Source of the DNA: Treponemataceae bacterium
GTDB taxonomy: Bacteria; Spirochaetota; Spirochaetia; Treponematales; Rectinemataceae
Assembly: GCA_963667725.2 (NCBI GenBank)
Contig: CAXXHO010000003.1
Span: 1,760,001 to 1,824,000, forward strand
DNA length: 64,000 nucleotides
Direction of reading: 5' to 3'
Below the pieces are notes generated by a model. The model was not told where the DNA came from and did no database searches. It saw only the letters and a list, made by a program, of their open reading frames with translations. Shown here piece after piece: positions 1-8,842 of this stretch (the first letter of the stretch is position 1; every line of letters starts with the position of its first letter). A program made the position numbers and the translations under genes.

Positions 1-777
1 TATCACGCCACGCCCCTTCAGAAGAAAGGCATGGTTGCGGCAGGACTCTCTCTATTGATTCTCGCCGCAATCGTACTCATCGGCGTCTTGCCTTCGTGGG
101 GATTTTTCCGGACCAAGGACGGGCCGTCAATTTTCGGCGCCCAAGCAACCCAACTAGGAGCGATTGTCACCGCCATAATCTTCTTTATCGGCGTTCCAGG
201 CATCGTCTACGGCAAGGTTGTCGGGACGGTTCCCGACGGAAAGGCCCTCAGCTCGGCAATGGCCAGAGGCGTCACAGACATCGCCCCATTTATCGTCCTC
301 TGCTTCTTCGCGGGCCAATTCACCGCATGGTTCGCTAAGAGCAACCTCGGCATCGTCTTCTCCATCAATGGCGCCAATTTCCTTCGCAATATTGGCTTAA
401 GCGGGTTACCGCTCATGATATGCCTGATACTCCTGACTATAGTCCTTGATATTTTCCTTCCAAGCTCGAATGCGAAGTGGGCTATTCTGGCGCCGGTTCT
501 CATACCGATGTTCATGTTGCTCGGCTACCACCCGGCAATGACACAGATGGTGTACCGCATAGGCGACTCGATCGTGAACTCGATCACGCCGCTGATGGCT
601 TTCTTCGCCTTGCTGCTCGGCTTGGCCAAGCAATACGATAAAAAAGCGGGCATCGGAACCGTTATGTCGTTGTTGATGCCATATACCTTGATCTACGGAA
701 TCGCCTGGACCCTTTTATTCGTTATCTGGTTCCTGTTCAAGCTCCCGCTTGGTCCTGGAGGCCCATTGTTCCTTTAA
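1..777 (+). CDS. AbgT family transporter (p-aminobenzoyl-glutamate transporter-like), 5'-truncated by window edge
   Basis: Frame open from base 1; hydrophobic; AbgT-type C-terminal motifs SSNAKWAILAPVLIPMFMLLG, YRIGDSIVNSITP, GIGTVMSLLMPY, LPLGPG. Confidence 0.9.
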   Translation, partial: YHATPLQKKGMVAAGLSLLILAAIVLIGVLPSWGFFRTKDGPSIFGAQATQLGAIVTAIIFFIGVPGIVYGKVVGTVPDGKALSSAMARGVTDIAPFIVLCFFAGQFTAWFAKSNLGIVFSINGANFLRNIGLSGLPLMICLILLTIVLDIFLPSSNAKWAILAPVLIPMFMLLGYHPAMTQMVYRIGDSIVNSITPLMAFFALLLGLAKQYDKKAGIGTVMSLLMPYTLIYGIAWTLLFVIWFLFKLPLGPGGPLFL

Positions 778-851
778 GCACGTATATAAAATTGGTTGGG
801 CGGTTGCGAATCGCCGCCCGCAATGCCATTTCTTGGGAGAATAATGCAACC

Positions 852-1973
852 ATGAAGATCGAACGTATAGAATATATACCGGTGCGGATCGCGAAGCGTG
901 GCGCCAAAAACGGCCTTGAGTGGAAGACGGCGCTGGGCAATAATCCCTACGGCGATGCCGTCATCGTCATTCTTCACGTCGAAGGTGGCAACTTCGGTCT
1001 GGGAGAGGTGTCGTCCATTTGGGACGGCGGCGCAGGCAACCTCGTCGCGGGGTTCGGGAAAAGGATAGCCGATTCGATAATCGGGCTGGATGTCTTCTCG
1101 GTCTCCGATGCGGTCGCCCGGATGGACAAGGCGGTGGTCTGGAGCAAAAACCCCCTCTGCCTGAAGGCCGGCATCGAGATGGCCATGTATGACCTGATCG
1201 GCAAGCTCAAGGAGATGCCGGTCTACCAGCTGCTCGGCGGCAAGCGCCGAGAGAGCGTCCCCCTTTCCCATTCGGTTTCGATGGGCACGGTCGAGGAACA
1301 GATCGTCCAAGTGACCGAGCATGTAGCCAGCGGTTTTAAGACGGTGAAGGTGAAGGTCGGCATCGATTTTGAGCGCGACCTGGCGGCTGTGCGCGCCATA
1401 CGCGAGCGATTCGGCCCCGAACTCGGCATCCGCGTGGACGCGAACATGGGATGGCGAGATCAGAAAATGCTTCTCAATGTCGCCTATCAGCTTTCAGCGT
1501 TAGGAGTGCTCTCGATCGAGCAGCCCTTCGCCCCCCACGAGCTTGATAAACTCGCATTTCTGCGCGAGCGCAGCCCGATTCCCGTCATGCTCGACGAGAG
1601 CGTATGGGATCCCGTGGATGCCTTGAAGGCGATCAAAGCCGGCGCGGGGGATATCTTCAATATTTATGTCAGCGAGTCCGGCGGGCTCAACAAAGCGATG
1701 CAGATAGCGAATCTTTGCGAGACGGCGGGAGTGGGCTTCTGCATCGGCAGCATGCCTGAATTCGGCATCGGGACCGCGGCTGAGCTTCACTTGGGCATCG
1801 CCGCGCCGCGCATCGATCATCCCAGCGACGTGATCGGCAATCTTTATTTCGAAGACGACGTCATAGTTGAGGTCCTGCCGGTAAAGGAAGGCTTCGCCTA
1901 TGCGGTCGATCGTCCGGGTCTCGGGGTCAGCCTCGATTGGGATAAGGTAGAGAAATACCGCACCGACAAATAA
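852..1973 (+). CDS. Enolase superfamily enzyme, muconate-lactonizing enzyme/dipeptide epimerase/N-acylamino acid racemase subgroup
   Basis: AGIEMAMYDLIGK..PVYQLLGG, KVKVG (KxK), metal ligands in DAN, EQP and DES; ATG 852 with GGGAGA upstream. Confidence 0.9.
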   Translation: MKIERIEYIPVRIAKRGAKNGLEWKTALGNNPYGDAVIVILHVEGGNFGLGEVSSIWDGGAGNLVAGFGKRIADSIIGLDVFSVSDAVARMDKAVVWSKNPLCLKAGIEMAMYDLIGKLKEMPVYQLLGGKRRESVPLSHSVSMGTVEEQIVQVTEHVASGFKTVKVKVGIDFERDLAAVRAIRERFGPELGIRVDANMGWRDQKMLLNVAYQLSALGVLSIEQPFAPHELDKLAFLRERSPIPVMLDESVWDPVDALKAIKAGAGDIFNIYVSESGGLNKAMQIANLCETAGVGFCIGSMPEFGIGTAAELHLGIAAPRIDHPSDVIGNLYFEDDVIVEVLPVKEGFAYAVDRPGLGVSLDWDKVEKYRTDK

Positions 1974-2024
1974 GGCGCGGTTGAACAAGGCGCCCTTCGG
2001 GACGCCAAAGAGAGGCAGAACAAA

Positions 2025-2852
2025 TTGATCGGCAATGATTTTCCCAGCGAGATAGAGGCGCTCGACTTTCTCGATTTCTCCGTGAGCTTCGGACGCCCAC
2101 CCGTACCGTTCACCGGGGCTTGGGTGGACAAGGCGGGGCTGCTGGCCGAGATGAAACGCGTGGGTATCAGGCAGGCCGCTCCGTATCATATCCTGAGCAA
2201 ATCCTACGACGCGGACTACGGCAACAAGCTCATTCTCGAAGAGCTGAAAGACGCGCCCGAATTGATTCCGACATGGGCCGCCGTACCCAGCGAAGAGGGG
2301 ATGGGATGTTCACCCTGCGCCTTCGCTGACATGTTTGAAAAAAGCGGGGCGAAGGCTGTCAGGCTCTTCCCCTCATCGACAGGCAATCCCGCCATCGCCA
2401 CCCGATACGCTTTCGCCAAATGGTTCTATGGGGATTATCTGGAAGAACTGCAGAAGCGACAAATTCCCATTGTGCTCGAGTTTTCCCCTGGCCGGCGCGA
2501 TGAACCGGCTTGGGATAAACTCTGCGGCGTCGCCGGAGAATTCCCAACCCTGCCGATCGTGCTCTCCGACGGATTCCAGAGGACGACCTGGTCGCTCATA
2601 AAGATGATGCGCGCTTTTCCCAATCTCTATGTCCAAACCTCCGGCCTGGACGTGCACCGCCAGCTCGAATACATGGTGCAACAAGTGGGGCCGCGGCGTT
2701 TCATAGCGGGCTCCAAATTCCCCGTCTCCACCATGGGCACGATGGTGGGGCAGGTCCTTTTCTCCAACCTGCCGATCGAGCAAAAGAGACTGATCGCCGG
2801 CGGCAACGCGCGCCGGCTGATGAAGATCGCCTCGCTGAAAGGGGAGTGCTGA
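2025..2852 (+). CDS. Amidohydrolase_2 family TIM-barrel protein with degenerate metal site
   Basis: Typical layout (AEMKRVGI, FPNLYVQTS, GPRRFIAGSKFP, IAGGNARRL) but HxH and the catalytic Asp are replaced; TTG start uncertain. Confidence 0.7.
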   Translation: MIGNDFPSEIEALDFLDFSVSFGRPPVPFTGAWVDKAGLLAEMKRVGIRQAAPYHILSKSYDADYGNKLILEELKDAPELIPTWAAVPSEEGMGCSPCAFADMFEKSGAKAVRLFPSSTGNPAIATRYAFAKWFYGDYLEELQKRQIPIVLEFSPGRRDEPAWDKLCGVAGEFPTLPIVLSDGFQRTTWSLIKMMRAFPNLYVQTSGLDVHRQLEYMVQQVGPRRFIAGSKFPVSTMGTMVGQVLFSNLPIEQKRLIAGGNARRLMKIASLKGEC

Positions 2853-2853
2853 C

Positions 2854-3654
2854 ATGAGCGCCAACAAGACATATAGAATCATCGATTCCCACGCCCATAT
2901 GGGACCGGTCTGGAACTTCTATCTCCCGTATAACGACGAACAGGGGATGCTCGACAACATGGATCGGCTGGGCGTCGACACCGTGGTTTTCTCTTCCAAC
3001 CTGGCCGTGACCGCCGATGTGGAACGGGGCAACCGCTATACCCTGGAAGTCTGCCTGCGCCATCCCGGACGATACCTGGGCATGTACGCGGTGAACCCCA
3101 ACTATCCCGAAGTGGCGGCCAAAGAGATGGACAAATACTTTACCCATAAGGAAATCGTCGGCATCAAGATTCATCCAGAACTTTCAGGCGATTACCCGCT
3201 GAACGGGAAAAACTGCGCACCGATGTTCCGCTACGCGAGCGAGCGCAAGATTCCCATCCTGAGCCACACGTACTACGGCGGCGACAAGCTCAGCGTCTTC
3301 GAGGAGCTGGCGAGGGAATATCCCGACGCCCCGCTCATAATCGGCCACGGCGCCCTCGATCTCGGCACCGGCAAGGCGATCGATCTGTGCAATAAATACC
3401 CCAATCTCTATTACGACCTCTGCAGCCCTGTCAACAAACGCTATGGGGCGCTGCTGCTCGTCGACCGGGAACTGGATCCCGATAAAGCGCTCTATGGCAC
3501 TGACGTTCCGTGGAACGACCCGGCGGTCAGCCTGGGCTCGGTGCTTTTCAGCGGCGTCGCTCCCGAAAAGCTGCGCAAATGGTTCAGCGGCAACTTCCTG
3601 CGGCTCTACGCGAGGGCGGCGACAGCGCTCGACGGCGAATCCGCGCAACGGTGA
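2854..3654 (+). CDS. Amidohydrolase_2 family metal-dependent hydrolase
   Basis: IIDSHAH, GIKIHP, PILSHT, IIGHG, LYGTDVPW motifs. Confidence 0.88.
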   Translation: MSANKTYRIIDSHAHMGPVWNFYLPYNDEQGMLDNMDRLGVDTVVFSSNLAVTADVERGNRYTLEVCLRHPGRYLGMYAVNPNYPEVAAKEMDKYFTHKEIVGIKIHPELSGDYPLNGKNCAPMFRYASERKIPILSHTYYGGDKLSVFEELAREYPDAPLIIGHGALDLGTGKAIDLCNKYPNLYYDLCSPVNKRYGALLLVDRELDPDKALYGTDVPWNDPAVSLGSVLFSGVAPEKLRKWFSGNFLRLYARAATALDGESAQR

Positions 3655-3712
3655 AGACATCGAAGCCAAAGCCGAATCATAAGGCGGTCTTCGAAATACA
3701 ACAGGAGAGAAC

Positions 3713-4792
3713 ATGAACTTTGATCGAAAGTCAGTCAAAGACGATTTTGTGGCGAGCATCGCGACCCTGTGCGGGACGCACGGCGCTTCCGGCTTCGAAG
3801 ACGAGATGGTCGAGCTGGTGAAAAACATGGTTCGGGGCTATGTCGATGAGACGAAGACCGACGTGATGAACAACCTCATCGCCTTCAAGAAAGGAAACGG
3901 CAAGATGAAGGTGATGGTCGTCGCCCACACGGACGAAATCGGCCTCATCGTCAAGAAAATCGACCAGAAGGGATTTCTCTGGTTCGACACCCTGGGAGGA
4001 ATCAGGCCTCAAGCCCTTTTCGGAAAGCATGTTGTAGTGAAAACGTCTTCCGGGCTGGTAGACGGCCTCGTAAATTATATAAAGCCCGGACGAGTGGACG
4101 CCATGGAGCAGATGCCCGATCTTCAGGATTTCTTCATCGATATCGGCGCGAAAAATCTGGCGGAAGCCGAGGAGATGGGGCTCGAGATCGGAAATTCGGT
4201 ATCCATCGATTATCCCGTCTATTTCCTCGGCAAAGACAAGAATCGCGTGGCGGGCAAGGCCCTCGACGACAGAGCATGCGTCTTTCAGCTCATCGAGCTC
4301 ATGAAACTGCTCAAAGACGATGAAGACTGTCCCGATGTCTACGCCGTGTTCTCCTCCCAGGAAGAAGTGGGCTGCCGCGGCGCCAAGACCGCAGCCTATA
4401 CGATCGAGCCCGATGTGGCGATTTCACTGGACATCTCCATATCCAACGACATTCCCGACGTAGCCGAACGCAAGATCATCACCGCCCTCGACAAGGGCCC
4501 CGTCATCAAGGTCATGGACAGGTCGAAGACCACGTCGGTGGGCGTGCTTTCCGCGCCGAAAGTGGTGAGCGCGATGAAGGAAGCGGCGAAGGCGGCGGGC
4601 CTTTCCTATCAACTAGAGGTGTATTCGGCGGGGACGACGGACTCCGCCACGATGCACCTGGAGAGAGGCGGCATCGCCTCCGGAGGCGTATTGCTTCCCA
4701 CGCGTTATGTCCACAGCTATGAACTCGCGTCGGTAAATGACCTCGTCGATGGCGTCGAGCTTCTGTATCGCTATGTAAAGTCTTTGGCGTGA
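3713..4792 (+). CDS. M42 family metallopeptidase (TET aminopeptidase-like)
   Basis: GASGFE, AHTDEIG, GKALDDR, QEEVGCRGA, GTTD, PTRYVHS motifs; AGGAG RBS. Confidence 0.92.
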   Translation: MNFDRKSVKDDFVASIATLCGTHGASGFEDEMVELVKNMVRGYVDETKTDVMNNLIAFKKGNGKMKVMVVAHTDEIGLIVKKIDQKGFLWFDTLGGIRPQALFGKHVVVKTSSGLVDGLVNYIKPGRVDAMEQMPDLQDFFIDIGAKNLAEAEEMGLEIGNSVSIDYPVYFLGKDKNRVAGKALDDRACVFQLIELMKLLKDDEDCPDVYAVFSSQEEVGCRGAKTAAYTIEPDVAISLDISISNDIPDVAERKIITALDKGPVIKVMDRSKTTSVGVLSAPKVVSAMKEAAKAAGLSYQLEVYSAGTTDSATMHLERGGIASGGVLLPTRYVHSYELASVNDLVDGVELLYRYVKSLA

Positions 4793-4803
4793 AAGAAGCG
4801 TGT

Positions 4804-5322
4804 ATGGAAAAGAAAACCGATATGGACATCTACGAAAGGCTCAAGCAACTTTTGGCCGAATTGCCGCCGCACACTTCTCCGAATGGAAGCTACACGCTGA
4901 TGGCGGAGTTCGGCGGGCATTACTTGTATACCTCCGGAACCGGCTGCGCCTCGGGAGGAAAGCCCCTCGTCGTGGGCAGATTGGGAGAAGAAGTCTCGAT
5001 CGCGGACGGGCAGCGCGCGGCGCGTCAGTGCGTGCTGAACGTACTCTCCAACGCGAACGCCTACCTCGGGGACCTGAATCGCATAGGTCGCGTGGTCAAG
5101 ACCACGGTCTTCATCGCCTGCGGGGAAGCCTTTGGCGACCAGAGCGTCGTGGCCGAGGGCGCTTCCGAACTTCTCTGCGCGCTGTTCGGCGCGGAGGGAC
5201 GGGGGGTGCGCAGCGCTATCGGCGTGAGTGCCCTTCCAAAAAACCAAGCGGTGGAAATCGAGATGATTTTCGAGTTGAAGGAAATCGGAAAGGAGCGACC
5301 GAATGCTAATCCACTGGAATGA
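4804..5322 (+). CDS. RidA/YjgF/YER057c family protein
   Basis: LYTSG, VGRLGEEVS, RSAIGVSALPKNQAVEIE with conserved Arg; start could be 4822. Confidence 0.85.
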   Translation: MEKKTDMDIYERLKQLLAELPPHTSPNGSYTLMAEFGGHYLYTSGTGCASGGKPLVVGRLGEEVSIADGQRAARQCVLNVLSNANAYLGDLNRIGRVVKTTVFIACGEAFGDQSVVAEGASELLCALFGAEGRGVRSAIGVSALPKNQAVEIEMIFELKEIGKERPNANPLE

Positions 5323-6064
5323 GTTGAGCAAGGATCAGTTCAAGCGGTACCGCGATACGGCGACCGTCGCCATCAACTTCGCCTCCACCGAACAGCACTC
5401 GAGACACCTCCCGGTAGGCACCGACGCGATTCTCGGCAAGGCGGTACTGGAAGAGGCGGCCCGGCTGGCCGCTTCCCCCATGCTCGTCCTGCCGCAGGCC
5501 TGTTATGGCTATTCTCCCCACCACCGTTTCGCGCCGGGCTATGTCACCATCTCGCAGAACACGCTGATTTCCCACGCTCGGGACATATGCAAAAGCGTCT
5601 ACGAGAATGGTTTCAAAAGGATGTTCCTTGTCAATTCCCATGGCGGCAACCAGGTCTATCTCTCCGCCGTCATCAACGAGATCGGCGAGGAATATGGCGA
5701 GAAGTTTTCCCTCATGGAACTGCGGTACTGGGATGTAGCGGGCCCTCGCATCATGGAGATACGCGATTCGGCGTTGGGCGGCACAGGACACGCCTGCGAA
5801 TTCGAAACCTCGATGATGATGCATCTGCGGCCCGACCTGGTGCAGGCGGATAAAATCGCCGAATGCCCTCCGGTGCCAGGGGACCCATGGTTCCAGATGG
5901 ACCTGCTGGGGTTCAAGAAATACCTCAAGTTCTCCAATTTCAATATCTACAACCCCGACGGCCACGTCGGGCAGCCGCATCTGGCGACAGCCGAAAAAGG
6001 CAGGCTGTTCTTTGAGGCGGTCACCGAGGAACTGGCGAAATTCTTTGACTATTTCCATGTCTGA
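5303..6064 (+). CDS. Creatininase (creatinine amidohydrolase/MftE-like) family protein
   Basis: STEQHSRHLPVGTD, SPHH, VNSHGGN, GHACEFETS, ATAEKG motifs. Confidence 0.92.
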   Translation: MLIHWNELSKDQFKRYRDTATVAINFASTEQHSRHLPVGTDAILGKAVLEEAARLAASPMLVLPQACYGYSPHHRFAPGYVTISQNTLISHARDICKSVYENGFKRMFLVNSHGGNQVYLSAVINEIGEEYGEKFSLMELRYWDVAGPRIMEIRDSALGGTGHACEFETSMMMHLRPDLVQADKIAECPPVPGDPWFQMDLLGFKKYLKFSNFNIYNPDGHVGQPHLATAEKGRLFFEAVTEELAKFFDYFHV

Positions 6065-6103
6065 AAACCGATGATGAGGCGCTGAATTCGAAGGAGTTAT
6101 TTA

Positions 6104-6295
6104 ATGCCTAAATACAAGATCGAAATAAATAGGGCATGGTGCAAAGCCTGCGGGATCTGCATCGATTTTTGCCCCAAGAAAGTCCTGGGCCCCGATGAGA
6201 ACGGCAAGGCTTCGGTGGTGAGTCCGGACGATTGCACGGGCTGCTTTATGTGCGAGCGCCGCTGTCCCGATTACGCGATCAAAGTGGAAGGATGA
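6104..6295 (+). CDS. 2-oxoacid:ferredoxin oxidoreductase delta subunit (2x4Fe-4S ferredoxin)
   Basis: Two CxxCxxCxxxCP motifs; AGGAG RBS; directly upstream of alpha subunit. Confidence 0.92.
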   Translation: MPKYKIEINRAWCKACGICIDFCPKKVLGPDENGKASVVSPDDCTGCFMCERRCPDYAIKVEG

Positions 6296-6299
6296 GAAG

Positions 6300-7442
6300 A
6301 TGGCAGAACAGCAAGTAAAGCTTTTACAGGGAAACGAAGCATGCGCGATGGCGGCGCTCGACGCCGGGGTGCGGTTTTTCGCCGGATACCCCATCACTCC
6401 AGCGACGGAAATCGCCGAGATTCTCGCGAAGGAATTGCCTAAGCTGGGCGGCATTTTCATACAGATGGAAGACGAAATCGCCAGCATGGGGGCCATCATC
6501 GGCGCCTCCATCGGCGGCGTGAAAAGCCTCACCGCGACGAGCGGTCCCGGTTTCACGCTGATGCAGGAGAACTTGGGATACGCGGCGATGGTGCAGGTGC
6601 CCTGCGTCATCGTGGACGTCCAGCGCGGAGGGCCCAGCACGGGAATGCCCACCCTTCCGTCCCAAATGGATGTGATGCAGGCCCGCTGGGGAACGCACGG
6701 CGACCACCCGATCGTCGTCCTCTGCCCCTCGACCGTGTACGAGTACTACATCTTGACGATCAAGGCCATCAACTTTTCCGAAATGCTGAGAACGCCGGTC
6801 ATCCTTCTGGCCGACGCGATCGTGGGACATCTGCGCGAGAAGGTGATTATCCCCGATAGTTCGGAAATCGAACTGGTCGAACGGAAGCGAGCCGCCCTGC
6901 CGGCAAAGGACTTCTTGCCATTCAAGCCGGATGATGACGATGTGCCGCCCTTCATGCCCTATGGCATCGGTTACCGGTATCACATGACCAGCAACAACTA
7001 CGATGAGGGCGGATACCCCGCCACCAACGATTCGCAGGTAGCGGTCAAACTGCTCACCCGTCTGCATCGCAAGGTCGAAAAGCGCCGTGGCGAAATAGTC
7101 ATGACGGAAGAAATCATGATGGACGACGCCGAAATAGCGCTGTTCGCCTATGGCTGCACTGCCCGCTCGGCGCGCAGCGCGGTCGAGACGGCACGCCGAC
7201 AGGGCATAAAGCTGGGCCTGATAAAGGCTCTCACGCTCTGGCCCTTCCCGCGGGAAGTAGTGGAAAAATACGGGGACAAAGTAAAAGCGATCATCGTCGC
7301 CGAAATGAACATGGGGCAGCTTGTCGGCGAAGTGGAGCGCGCGCTGAAAGACAAAAAGGCGGCCGTGCGCCAGGTGAACAGGTTTGACGGGAAAATGATA
7401 ACGCCCGACCAGATTCTCGATGCCGTAAAAGAGGTGAGGTAA
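6300..7442 (+). CDS. 2-oxoacid:ferredoxin oxidoreductase alpha subunit (KorA-like)
   Basis: GNEA, AGYPITPAT, QMEDEIAS, TATSGPG, QRGGPSTG, EMNMGQL. Confidence 0.95.
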   Translation: MAEQQVKLLQGNEACAMAALDAGVRFFAGYPITPATEIAEILAKELPKLGGIFIQMEDEIASMGAIIGASIGGVKSLTATSGPGFTLMQENLGYAAMVQVPCVIVDVQRGGPSTGMPTLPSQMDVMQARWGTHGDHPIVVLCPSTVYEYYILTIKAINFSEMLRTPVILLADAIVGHLREKVIIPDSSEIELVERKRAALPAKDFLPFKPDDDDVPPFMPYGIGYRYHMTSNNYDEGGYPATNDSQVAVKLLTRLHRKVEKRRGEIVMTEEIMMDDAEIALFAYGCTARSARSAVETARRQGIKLGLIKALTLWPFPREVVEKYGDKVKAIIVAEMNMGQLVGEVERALKDKKAAVRQVNRFDGKMITPDQILDAVKEVR

Positions 7443-8261
7443 ATGTCAGCACATGTTCAGGATTATCTGAGAACGAACAAGATGCCTCATATTTGGTGCC
7501 CCGGATGCGGTACTGGCATCGTGCTCGGGGCGGTGGTGAGGGCTATCGCCACTATGGGATACAAGCGCGACGAGGTCATGGTCATCACCGGGATCGGATG
7601 CTCGGCGAGGACCAACGCCATCATCGATTTCAATACCTTCCAGACAACCCACGGCAGGGCTCTCAGCTTTGCCACCGGATTCAAGCTCGCCAGGCCCGAA
7701 ATGAAGGTAATCGTGATTACCGGCGATGGCGACGGCGCCGGAATAGGGGGAAATCACCTGATTCAGACCTGCCGCCGGAATATCGACATCACGACGATAC
7801 TGATCAACAACAGCATCTATGGCATGACGGGCGGCCAGTATTCCCCGCTGACCCCGATGGGGAAATACGCCACGACCTCGCCCTATGGAATGATGGAGCA
7901 ATCTTTCGATGTCTGCAAGCTCGCCGAAGGCGCCGGGGCGAGCTATGTGGCCAGAAGCACAGCATACCACGTGACGCTGCTGGAACAGCTCATCACCAAG
8001 GCGATGGCGCACGAAGGGTTTTCCTTTGTGGAAGCCGTGTCCCAGTGCCCGATCGGCTTCGGGCGCCGCAACAAGATGAAAACGCCCACCGCGATGCTCG
8101 AGTGGCAACGCGACAATGCCGTGAACGTAAAGGCGGCCGCCGCGATGAGCCCCGAAGCGCTGGAGGGCAAGTTTACGATAGGCGAGTTCGTGAACAAAAA
8201 CGTTCCCGAATTGGTGAAGGCATACGCGGAGCTGAATAAAAACTGCGGCGCGAGAGGATAG
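7443..8261 (+). CDS. 2-oxoacid:ferredoxin oxidoreductase beta subunit (TPP-binding, KorB-like)
   Basis: WCPGCG, GIGCS, HGRA, GDGD...NN TPP motif, YGMTGGQYSP. Confidence 0.95.
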   Translation: MSAHVQDYLRTNKMPHIWCPGCGTGIVLGAVVRAIATMGYKRDEVMVITGIGCSARTNAIIDFNTFQTTHGRALSFATGFKLARPEMKVIVITGDGDGAGIGGNHLIQTCRRNIDITTILINNSIYGMTGGQYSPLTPMGKYATTSPYGMMEQSFDVCKLAEGAGASYVARSTAYHVTLLEQLITKAMAHEGFSFVEAVSQCPIGFGRRNKMKTPTAMLEWQRDNAVNVKAAAAMSPEALEGKFTIGEFVNKNVPELVKAYAELNKNCGARG

Positions 8262-8265
8262 GACG

Positions 8266-8802
8266 ATGGAGCGAAAAGAAATAGTAATAAGCGGCTCGGG
8301 CGGTCAGGGCGTCGTTCTGGGCGGGATTATCCTGGCCGAAGCCGCCGCGATCTACGACGACCTCAATGCCACGCATAATCAATCGTATGGACCCGAAGCG
8401 AGAGGCGGAGCCAGCAAGTCAGAAGTGATTATAAGCGAAGGCGCGATTCATTTCCCCGAAATCGAAAACCCCGATATCCTCGTGGCGCTGACTCAGGAAG
8501 CGATCAGGAAGTATGGGAATACCATAAAAACCCAAGGAATACTCATCGTGGATTCCAAGGTCAAGGTGGATGAAAATCTCAAAGAAAGGGCGAAAACCTT
8601 CAGCCTCCCGATAGTGGAAACGGCGATCAACAAGGTTGGCAATGAGGTCACGGTCAACATGGTAACGTTGGGCGCTCTCGTCGCCATCACCAAGATCGTA
8701 AGCAGGGAAGCTATGGAGAAGGCGGTGCTCAATCGGATTCCAAAAGGGACGGAAGAGCTAAACAGGAAAGCATTGGCGGAAGGTTTCGCGCTGGCGGAAT
8801 AA
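8266..8802 (+). CDS. 2-oxoacid:ferredoxin oxidoreductase gamma subunit
   Basis: SGSGGQGVV, QSYGPEARGGAS, NMVTLGA. Confidence 0.95.
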   Translation: MERKEIVISGSGGQGVVLGGIILAEAAAIYDDLNATHNQSYGPEARGGASKSEVIISEGAIHFPEIENPDILVALTQEAIRKYGNTIKTQGILIVDSKVKVDENLKERAKTFSLPIVETAINKVGNEVTVNMVTLGALVAITKIVSREAMEKAVLNRIPKGTEELNRKALAEGFALAE

Positions 8803-8842
8803 GCCAGGAAAATTTGCGCTGGTGAACAAAGGGAGAATGGTC

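Noticed and set aside
1989..2006. Small UUCG-loop hairpin between the enolase and amidohydrolase genes
   Set aside because: Short mismatched stem without a U-tract; too weak to call a terminator or RNA element.
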